Source: Methanopyrus kandleri AV19
GTDB taxonomy: Archaea > JAADCQ01 > Methanopyri > Methanopyrales > Methanopyraceae
Assembly (NCBI RefSeq): GCF_000007185.1
Contig: NC_003551.1
Location: 1,230,001-1,262,000 of the forward strand
DNA: 32,000 nucleotides
Direction: 5' to 3'
Position 1 is the first letter of the stretch; every line of letters begins with the position of its first letter. Of this stretch, positions 1-7,165 are shown one piece after another. Under the pieces are notes generated by a model. That model made no database searches and was not told where the DNA came from. It saw only the letters and a program-made list of their open reading frames with translations. Position numbers and translations under genes: made by a program.

Positions 1-1194
1 CGGGACGAACTCGCCACGCGGATCGCCCGGAACTGCGTGACGGGTCGGCCTTCGCTCTCCCGTCAGGACCGGATCGACCGCGTCCTCACGCACCCGGTGT
101 GGGGCACGCTCATCGCCCTGGGCGTGCTCGGGACGGTGTTCGCGTCGGCGTTCCTCCTGGGCGACCCGCTCTCCGAGCTCGTGGAGGGGGCGTTCGAACA
201 CCTCGCCGGGTTCGCCCGAAGTCTGCCCGCGCCATGGTCCGACCTACTCGCCGAGGGCGTGATCCCCGGCGTGGGAACCGTGCTCGCCATGTACCCGTAC
301 GTGTTCGTCATGCTACTACTCCTCACCGTGCTCGAGGATGCCGGCTACACGGCCCGCCTCGCCGCCTTAGCGTCCGGCCTGCTCGCCCGCTTCGGTCTCC
401 ACGGCAAGACCGTGTTCCCCGCCGTCCTGTCCCTCTCCTGCAACGTACCCGCGATCACGGCGAGCCGGATCATCGAGGACGAACGGGCCCGCCTGCTGAC
501 CGCGATCGTCGTGCCGCTGATCCCCTGCGGTGCCCGTCTCGAGGTGATCACGTTCCTCACGGCGAAGCTACCGGACCCCTGGCGCGTACCGGCCGCCGTT
601 TCCATCTACGTCGTCGCCCTCTCGCTGTTCGTGGCCACGTCCTACATCCTACACCGCCTCCTCTTCGGCAAGCCGGAGCCCCACCGCGGGCACGTGATCG
701 AGCTCCCACGCCTCCGTAAGCCGCACCTACGCACGGTGCTCACCGTCACCTGGCTGCGCTCGAACGAGTTCCTCCAGAAGGCCGGCACGATCATCCTGGC
801 GGCCTCGGTCCTGCTCTGGGTCGCCACCCGATACCCGGAGCCGCTGGGCACCGGCGGGAGCGCGATCGAGCTCGTCGGTAAGGCCCTCGAGCCGGTGACG
901 GTGGCCCTCCTGGGGCTGGACTGGAAGGGGGCCGTGGCGCTCCTCAACGGGATCGTCGCGAAGGAGATCGTCATCTCCACCCTCGCCATGCTGCACGCGC
1001 ACCTCACGCCCGAGAACGCCTACGTGCTCACCCTGGTGAGCGCGCTGTACATCCCGTGTGCCGCCACGATAGGTGCGGTCTACTCGGAGACCGGTTCCAT
1101 GAGGTACGCCGCACTCTCCGTCGCGGCGAACCTGTCCCTCGCGACCCTGGTCGGCGCGGCCGTGCACCACGCGCTCGTGGCACTCGGCGGCTGA
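1..1194 (+). CDS. feoB: Ferrous iron transporter FeoB, membrane (gate / FeoB_C) portion; the 5' end lies upstream of the window
   Basis: Frame +1 is open from base 1 (RDELATRIARNC precedes the first GTG at 37), so the gene is truncated by the window edge. FeoB membrane-domain hallmarks are present: DRIDRVLTHPVWG linker, GVIPGVGTVLAMYPYVFVMLLLLTVLEDAGY, SCNVPAITASR and several TM segments. Stop TGA at 1192-1194. Confidence 0.85.
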   Translation, partial: RDELATRIARNCVTGRPSLSRQDRIDRVLTHPVWGTLIALGVLGTVFASAFLLGDPLSELVEGAFEHLAGFARSLPAPWSDLLAEGVIPGVGTVLAMYPYVFVMLLLLTVLEDAGYTARLAALASGLLARFGLHGKTVFPAVLSLSCNVPAITASRIIEDERARLLTAIVVPLIPCGARLEVITFLTAKLPDPWRVPAAVSIYVVALSLFVATSYILHRLLFGKPEPHRGHVIELPRLRKPHLRTVLTVTWLRSNEFLQKAGTIILAASVLLWVATRYPEPLGTGGSAIELVGKALEPVTVALLGLDWKGAVALLNGIVAKEIVISTLAMLHAHLTPENAYVLTLVSALYIPCAATIGAVYSETGSMRYAALSVAANLSLATLVGAAVHHALVALGG

Positions 1195-1207
1195 ACCCGC
1201 CGTCACC

Positions 1208-1216
1208 TTATTTTTC
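1208..1216 (+). terminator. Oligo-T tract downstream of feoB
   Basis: TTATTTTTC starts 14 nt after the feoB stop. This is the archaeal oligo-T terminator type. Confidence 0.4.
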
Positions 1217-1275
1217 CGTGAACGGGGTCCTGAGATCCGCCAGGTAACGCCCCTTATCGCCCCCGGAGGGAGCCC

Positions 1276-1339
1276 GGCCGATGAGGAGTGGCGCCGGGAT
1301 GAGGGTCTCCCGATGACCGGGGGTAACGGGAGCTGAGGC
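1276..1339. repeat. Copy A of a ~60-nt GC-rich hairpin element (unknown RNA or regulatory element)
   Basis: GGCCGATGAGGAGTGGCGCCGGGATGAGGGTCTCCCGATGACCGGGGGTAACGGGAGCTGAGGC aligns by eye with 3144-3203. There is a conserved stem CUCCCG/CGGGAG around an AUGACC...GGGUAA loop, and GAUGA ... CUGA boxes flank it. It sits in an ORF-free spacer. Confidence 0.5.
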
Positions 1340-1754
1340 TCACGAGGCGGTGTATATTCATCGGGCGGTCGGGGTGACCCCATCTCGAGGGCGGGTTCAA
1401 CACCGCGATCTCGTCCCAATCGACGCTGGAACCTCACTTCGGCGCTCCTTGCTCGACCTCGGATTCACATCCAAGCCGTCACCACGGGGATCGACCTTCA
1501 CGACGGCGAGCCCGCGCTTCGGCACACGTCGTTCGATCCTGAAACCGAATTGTTTCCACGTTCACTTCGATCCGTCGGCGTCCGTCAGGGTTCGAGGTCG
1601 GGCGCCGCGGGGGGAGGGCGGCACTGCTTAAATAGCCCATTGACCCTACCTCGCCGCGACTTAGCCGGCAGTCGGGCAGGCCACGCTGCACCGTAAAAGA
1701 GGAATGAGGAGGCCGAGGAACGCCGATCGATGACGAGGGTCGGTGTTCCCGACC

Positions 1755-2141
1755 TCACTCCAGACGTTTCAGCAGGTTCCTCAGCATCTTCGTGTGCCGC
1801 TCCTCGTCGTGCGCGGTACTGATCAGGTACGCCCGTACGTCCTCGCTCATCTCGTCCCCGTACTCCTCGATCACGTTCCTCCTGAGCTCGGCGGCCTGCG
1901 CCTCCCGCTCCGCCAGTCGCTCGACCTCCGCCCTGATGTCCTCGCTCAGCTTCCCGGCGATCCGAGCCACGATCGCGGCGTGCCTCAGCTCCTCGTCCGC
2001 GATCTTCCTGAACGTCTCGGCGACCTCGGACATGCCCGCCTCCTCCGCCAATCCTGCCAGCGTACGGTACACGGTCACGGCCTCGCTCTCGTTCTTGAAC
2101 CATCTCTCGAGATGCTCCTCCAGTCCGGGCATGGGTACCAC
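1755..2141 (-). CDS. Ferritin-like / rubrerythrin-family di-iron domain protein (no rubredoxin domain)
   Basis: 128-aa ORF with two E-x-x-H ligand motifs (DEELRHA, DEERHTK) in helical, heptad-like sequence. The overlapping ORFs in other frames are low-complexity. Confidence 0.8.
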   Translation of the reverse strand: MVPMPGLEEHLERWFKNESEAVTVYRTLAGLAEEAGMSEVAETFRKIADEELRHAAIVARIAGKLSEDIRAEVERLAEREAQAAELRRNVIEEYGDEMSEDVRAYLISTAHDEERHTKMLRNLLKRLE

Positions 2142-2450
2142 CCGGGCCGGTCGGCGCGCGCGAGGCTATTATGAACTTCGATATCCTATAACGAGGAAAG
2201 TGATAAGGTGTGATCGGCTCGGGTCGGACCGACGGTTTTCTTACTGTTAACCCCCTCACGGGCCCGGTCCGCGGTCTCGGGTCGACCACCGGGGGCGGCG
2301 ACGCTGCCGACGATCTTCGCCGGAGAATTCGTATTCGAGGGATCTCGCCCACAGATCGGGCAACCGACGACCGATGAAGACCGTTCCCCTTGGGGAACCC
2401 GATGACCGGAAGTCGCGGGGCGGAGGGGGTTCGAGGCGGCGAGGGGGCGT

Positions 2451-2984
2451 TCACCGCCTCGTCGCACCGGCCAGCGCCAGCACGCAGAGCGCCCCGAGGA
2501 TCACCAGCGGCGAGACCGGCACGTCGGCCATACCGCCGGTCTGCTCACCCCAGCGGTGCTGCTCACCCTCGTTCGGGCACGTGGACGACCCCGTGACCTT
2601 CAGCTCCCCTAGGTTCTTCACCAGCGTCTCGTAGCCGTCCTTTTCGACCTTCACCCATACGTAGTACGTACCCTCCTTACCCGGCGCGGTGAGTTTGGCC
2701 GTCACGTTACCCTCGGAGTCCGAGGTGACCTTAGCGTAGTGTCCCCGTTCCCAGTTCTCGGGCGGCGTGTCCTTGTGCTCCTCACCGGCTATCCTGACGA
2801 TCACCGAGGCGTCGGACACGGGCTCGCCCGTCGACGCGTCGACGACCTTAAACTTGACCTCCATCTCCTGGCACGCGTTGACCTCGGCGGGGTACTGAAC
2901 GTCCTTCACGTCCAACGTGCCCGCCGCCGCGGCGGGCGATAGGACCGCCAGCAGACCCAGAACGGCAGCCAGAACAACTCTCAA
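2451..2984 (-). CDS. Secreted, C-terminally anchored surface protein with a beta-sandwich-like domain
   Basis: Signal peptide MRVVLAAVLGLLAVLSPAAAAG; beta-rich middle (EGTYYVWVKVEKDGYETLV); C-terminal hydrophobic anchor plus basic tail (PLVILGALCVLALAGATRR), like archaeal C-terminal sorting or anchor signals. Confidence 0.7.
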   Translation of the reverse strand: MRVVLAAVLGLLAVLSPAAAAGTLDVKDVQYPAEVNACQEMEVKFKVVDASTGEPVSDASVIVRIAGEEHKDTPPENWERGHYAKVTSDSEGNVTAKLTAPGKEGTYYVWVKVEKDGYETLVKNLGELKVTGSSTCPNEGEQHRWGEQTGGMADVPVSPLVILGALCVLALAGATRR

Positions 2985-3143
2985 GCCCGGTTCCCCGTAC
3001 TAAGCTGTTCGAACATGGGTAATTAAGGATAGTGGAGCTTTCCGTCACACCCGCGGTGTCACCGGTTCCCGACCGTGAGACGGCGCGGGCTCACCGGACC
3101 GTAAGTCAGAACTCGATCGATGCGATCGGGATACGGTGGATCG

Positions 3144-3203
3144 GGCCGATGCGGAGTGGCCCTGCGGGGAGGTCCCGATGACCTCCGGGTAACGGGCCGA
3201 GGC
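3144..3203. repeat. Copy B of the ~60-nt GC-rich hairpin element
   Basis: GGCCGATGCGGAGTGGCCCTGCGGGGAGGTCCCGATGACCTCCGGGTAACGGGCCGAGGC has the same order of blocks as 1276-1339 (GGCCGATGNGGAGTGGC, GAGGTC, CCCGATGACC, GGTAACGGG, GAGGC). A CTGA box follows at 3207-3210. Confidence 0.5.
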
Positions 3204-4370
3204 CCGCTGAAAGGTGACGCGGATGGGGAGGCCGAGGGGTGCCGAGCGGTGATGAAGGTGGCACAGGCCGACGGCGATCCCTTTGGACCCGGAACCAGCT
3301 CGCCGAACGATGATCTGACCCCTCTCTCGGAACGGTAGTGGGTGGCTCGGGGACGCCTGCCCCTCATCACCCTGTCAGTGCCCGAAGGGCTCCTCACCGG
3401 TGTTCCCGTTCGGAGGGTCGGAGCGGCACCGGTCATCACCGTTCAGTGGCCTAAAGGATCGTCATCCCCACCCATCGGAGGCCGGTGGTTTAAGAGCGTG
3501 ATGCGGCCGTTCCCGGCTCCACGGGGCGCCACCGTATCGCGGATGTGTCGATCGCCGGACGCGACGTGGCGTCCAGCTTAGGACGTCGTCGGGTCAGGGC
3601 CTTCAGCAGCTTCTCGGGCGGTTCAGCGCCCACCAGGACGTGACGAGCCGGGTGGTGCGGTCGGTGGGGATCGGAAGACGCAACGGGTTTCCCCTGTTCT
3701 CCGGAGAGTGGATAGGTGGCCCTCTCCGCGGGCCGGGGGTATCCGAGTCGTAATTTGATGTTTCTGGATATCAATACCGTGTTGTGGTGGCGCCGGTCGC
3801 CGTCTCATTATCGTTCGACGACGTGCAGGCCGCGGGCCGCGTCGGTGTCTCGAAGGGAAGACACCGGGGGACACGTGAGTCCCTTCCGGTGGAAACTCGG
3901 CGGACCCACGGCTTAAGGGGTCTCCAACCGTCGGAGGGGAGCGCTCCGTACGGCCCTCCCGGTCCCAGGTGAGGGACCCCCGTGCGGCGAGGACGGATTC
4001 CCCTCGGGCCTCGAGGTACGAGGGACCCGGCCCGACATCCGCCGTGAGATGGTACGCACGTGTTCGGGGCGGATGCCGTGGGTCCGATCCCGAGGTGGCG
4101 GGTGAGGCGGCTCGGGGAGAACCCGGGTGACGCACGAGCTGCGCGGGGAGGTCGGGGGTCGGCGGGTACCCACACGGTTCCCCGGGTCCTGAATACGGTT
4201 GCTTTACCCGGGTAGGTCGAAGGAAGGAGGACCGTCCGGAAGCAGAAGAAGCAGGAACAGTGTCAGGGGTTCCAACCGTCCAACCCCGACCGTCTACCCG
4301 CGACGAGATCACGATACCGTCCGACCGGGTCCGGGCCGGCACGCGGACCGACCCGTCATCTCCCGGTGGC

Positions 4371-5432
4371 TCAGCGGCGCCTCCTCAGGAAGTCGAACAG
4401 CCTGTGCAGGTCGTCTTCGGGCGTTTTCAGATCTTCCAGGCATCCCTCGAGCTTCTGCGCTATCTCGACGACGGGATCGATCTCCTCCGGTCTGGCGCGA
4501 CCGATGATCTCGCGCTCGTGCTCGCGGAGCCACTCCTTGAAGCTCCCGTCCTTGTCCCTGTGGTAGACCGGTAGTCGATCTCGCAACGTCAGGGTCGCGA
4601 GGTAGGAGGCTAACCCGATACCGTCCGCGGGCAGGTCGTGCTCCACGCCCTCCTTCCAGTCCTCCATCCAACCCTCCTCGACCGCCACGACGAAGGGCAC
4701 CGTCCCCGTGGCGTGCTCCGGGTTCAGGTGCTCCGAGTCGACCGCCGCCAGGACGGGTCGCTCCGTCTCGGTCAGCACGTGATCGGCTACCTCGGACGGT
4801 CCGGCGTCCTCAGGGGGAGGAGAGTGGTCGACTGTGGTGGCGAGGACGCCGCAGGCGGAGTCGAAGACGTCCCTCCGGACGGCGGCGACACCGTAGCGGG
4901 TGCAGTGCACGTACACGTACCTACTGTCGGTCTGGACCACCACGCACTCGTGGTCGACCTCCACGTCTGGAGCCGTCCGCATCGGCCGGTGCTCCACGGG
5001 GGTCCGGTACACCGCGGAGAACGACAGTACGGTCCTCTTGGGCCCGTACGCGATCGGGACCTCCTCGAGGAGGTACGTCAGGATCGCGGCGGCCCAGCTG
5101 GCGTCCGGGGGTCTGACCGTCGACGGCACGACCGGCAGGCCCACGTCCCTCAGGTCCTCGACGGCCGGGCTCAGGAGGCTTCCCAGCTCCATGGGTCTAC
5201 TGTCCCTCTCGACGTCGAACGGGTCAAGATCATGGCCGAGTGCTATCAAGTACTCGAGGGCCGCGGCCTCCGACGGGTGGAGGTGGTCGACCCTACCGTC
5301 GCCGTCCACGTCCTTCAGGAACTGGGTCCTGGGGACGTACACGGGCGCCAACGGTTCCGCTCGGAGGGGGAACTCGGGGTCCCCGCGCGGGGAGCTCATG
5401 AGCTCCTTCAACCGTATCGACCCCCCGTCCAT
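4371..5432 (-). CDS. Hypothetical acidic protein with a DxDxDG Ca-binding-like loop
   Basis: The translation is protein-like from MDGGSIRLKEL (ATG 5430-5432). The 41 further upstream codons of the 394-aa ORF (to 5555) are G/P/R-rich and probably untranslated. Contains DVDGDGRVD. No family recognised. Confidence 0.7.
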   Translation of the reverse strand: MDGGSIRLKELMSSPRGDPEFPLRAEPLAPVYVPRTQFLKDVDGDGRVDHLHPSEAAALEYLIALGHDLDPFDVERDSRPMELGSLLSPAVEDLRDVGLPVVPSTVRPPDASWAAAILTYLLEEVPIAYGPKRTVLSFSAVYRTPVEHRPMRTAPDVEVDHECVVVQTDSRYVYVHCTRYGVAAVRRDVFDSACGVLATTVDHSPPPEDAGPSEVADHVLTETERPVLAAVDSEHLNPEHATGTVPFVVAVEEGWMEDWKEGVEHDLPADGIGLASYLATLTLRDRLPVYHRDKDGSFKEWLREHEREIIGRARPEEIDPVVEIAQKLEGCLEDLKTPEDDLHRLFDFLRRRR

Positions 5433-5657
5433 GTGTAAGGATGAGCGTGCGGACAGGTGCGGGCCCGGCGCCCCGGCGGGATCACGGGCGGCACCGGGAC
5501 CGGGAACCTGCAACCCCTCACCGCGCTCCCGTCCGTGGTCACCGCCGCGCTCCACGGTGAACGTCGCCGAGGTCCTCGCCTCGCCGTACGGACCCTCGTG
5601 CTCAACCCGTGGACGGCTTTCCGGGGGCGGTCGGGGGGAGGAGAGAAAAAGGGAAGT

Positions 5658-5828
5658 TCACTCGAGCTTGTGGGCGAGTCGTCGTAGGCCGTATCGTCCG
5701 AGGTAGTGGAACCCGAGTCCGAGTGCCGCCAGGGTAGCGACCGCGAAGGCCAGTGCCGTGAGGCACACGAGACCCTCCACCACGGACAAGGGAACCCTCA
5801 CTCCCTCCCCACCCTCACGCAGGAGCAT
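5658..5828 (-). CDS. Small single-pass membrane protein (56 aa)
   Basis: Below the ORF-track cutoff. Runs from ATG 5826-5828 to TGA 5658-5660: MLLREGGEGVRVPLSVVEGLVCLTALAFAVATLAALGLGFHYLGRYGLRRLAHKLE, with one clear TM helix. A T5 tract follows the stop on the minus strand. An AT-rich TATA-like sequence (cattaatatg) lies about 50 nt upstream. Confidence 0.45.
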   Translation of the reverse strand: MLLREGGEGVRVPLSVVEGLVCLTALAFAVATLAALGLGFHYLGRYGLRRLAHKLE

Positions 5829-6232
5829 CGCGCCGGGGGTTCACGGCTGAGGATGGAATGGGTGGATGTATCGACATATTAATGTTTCGAAAACGGATCG
5901 CTGGTTCTGATCAGATGACGCTCCCCGCGCGGGTTCGACCCTGTCGACGACGGTGCGACGCTCACGGTCCGTCGGGCCCGCGCCGTGGGGTTGGTATGAG
6001 CGTTCACGTACGGTATGTCAATGACCGTATGATAAAAATCGTACTGTTTACTCACCACATACGTACGGTAATTCCACTACAGTAATACAACCGTCTAGGT
6101 TTTGAAAGGGCCGTGAAATTGCTAAAGTTTGGGTACAAACACTTGAGATATTCTTACCCACGCTAGTGCCGATCTTAACCCTGAACGATGGTATTACTAT
6201 CGTCCGCTGATAGTATGTAATTCATGTGTGAA

Positions 6233-7009
6233 TCATACTATATCGACATGAGCGTTAGTCGACGATAGTACGTGAACACTCTTACTAGCGTCACCGGCCG
6301 TGCCGCAGCTTCCAGCGCTGGAGTTCCAACTCCACGTCGGGTACCTCGTACCTCCCGTCGAGGAATCTCCTGCGCGAACGGATGATTCCAAGTACGAGGA
6401 GTAGTGGGCGGGCCATCCTCCGAGGGTCCTGATCACGAAGGATTCCAATCGGTCGGGGAGTTCCTCTAACACGTCCCGGATTCCGGGAGATCCCGCGGGT
6501 CTGGCGTCAAAGGCCAGCGCGAGCCCGCGGGCGAGTACTCGTCGGACCTTCTTGTACGGGAGGTCCGAGACCTCGGTCAGGAGGGTCTTGAGCACCGAGC
6601 GGAGGTTGCGCATGAGGTGTCGCGCGAGCTCGAGGACCTCTCCCCGATCCAGTGAGACCAACCACTCGACGAAGGAAACACTCTCGTTCTCGGACTTACC
6701 CAGGTAGAGAGTCCGCCCGTGCTTGAACCGGGAGTCGCGACGCCAACGGGCCACGTAGTACGGGCCGCAGGTGCTCCCGTTGACGGTCCGATAAGTAACC
6801 TCCAGACTCGGCTTCCTCCCCCGGCGGTAGACCTCCCTCAGGACTCGGAGTGTCCGGATCCGCTCGACCGGATCATGGGGTATCGGGATATGAGCGTGCG
6901 ATCCGACCAACCCCGGCACGTGATCCCCCGATGTGCCTCCAAATTGTATGGAGACAAGGGTAGAGTGGTACCCCAGGATATAATCTTTGTCATCACGATA
7001 GGGGACCAC
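6233..7009 (-). CDS. Hypothetical protein
   Basis: 258-aa ORF. The core reads protein-like (HDPVERIRTLRVLREVYRRGRKPSLEVTYRTVNGSTCGPYYVARWRRDSRFKHGRTLYLGKSE; LELARHLMRNLRSVLKTLL). The last ~50 aa are S/G/T-rich and doubtful. The 3' end runs into an AT-rich spacer. Confidence 0.55.
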   Translation of the reverse strand: MVPYRDDKDYILGYHSTLVSIQFGGTSGDHVPGLVGSHAHIPIPHDPVERIRTLRVLREVYRRGRKPSLEVTYRTVNGSTCGPYYVARWRRDSRFKHGRTLYLGKSENESVSFVEWLVSLDRGEVLELARHLMRNLRSVLKTLLTEVSDLPYKKVRRVLARGLALAFDARPAGSPGIRDVLEELPDRLESFVIRTLGGWPAHYSSYLESSVRAGDSSTGGTRYPTWSWNSSAGSCGTAGDASKSVHVLSSTNAHVDIV

Positions 7010-7165
7010 GGCTCACCGGTCGAGTCGCACAGCCGATGAGCTCCTTCCATACAAGATGGGCCGACCTCACGACGCTCGGGGGCCCGAAAACCGCAACGTC
7101 TTTAAAAATACGTCTTTAAGTAAAGCGACCCATCCGGCGCGGACCCGACGCGTCCGGAGGGGGTC

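Noticed and set aside
1383-1420. Possible tRNA T-arm (GGGCGGGTTCAACACCGCG).
   Set aside because: The flanking 5-nt arms do not pair; only two G-C pairs form next to the loop. No acceptor, D or anticodon arms could be built. No other GGTTCGAATCC-type motif was found near the island borders.
727-1437. Long antisense or out-of-frame ORFs throughout the GC-rich parts, e.g. 727-1437(-), 1585-2454(-), 3623-4342(-), 7937-8938(-), 8359-8967(+), 18934-19689(-), 20622-21392(-), 27209-27889(-).
   Set aside because: Their translations are R/P/G/S/A-rich low-complexity sequence. They overlap frames with clearly protein-like translations or recognisable motifs. Stop-poor alternative frames are expected at ~70% G+C.
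3249-3318. Plus-strand C/D-box sRNA candidate (GTGATGA at 3249-3255 ... GATGATCTGA at 3309-3318).
   Set aside because: The putative C' and D boxes are adjacent with no guide between them, and no D'/C' pair has correct spacing. The minus-strand arrangement at 3375-3439 is better, but still too imperfect to list as a feature.
3050-4370. RNase P RNA or SRP (7S) RNA identity for the ORF-free GC-rich region. Hints were GGGGAGGTCCCG / GGTAACGGG / GCTGAAAGGTGA around 3165-3225, GGCTTAAGG at 3910, and CCGGAAGCAGAAGAAGCAGG at 4231.
   Set aside because: The universally conserved cores are absent on both strands: GAGGAAAGUCC with a pairing ACAGAA..GGCUUA partner for RNase P, and the GNAR-capped helix 8 with AGCA/GGUCAGG loops for SRP. 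The candidate pieces are too far apart (>700 nt) to form one molecule. It is left as an unassigned RNA candidate.
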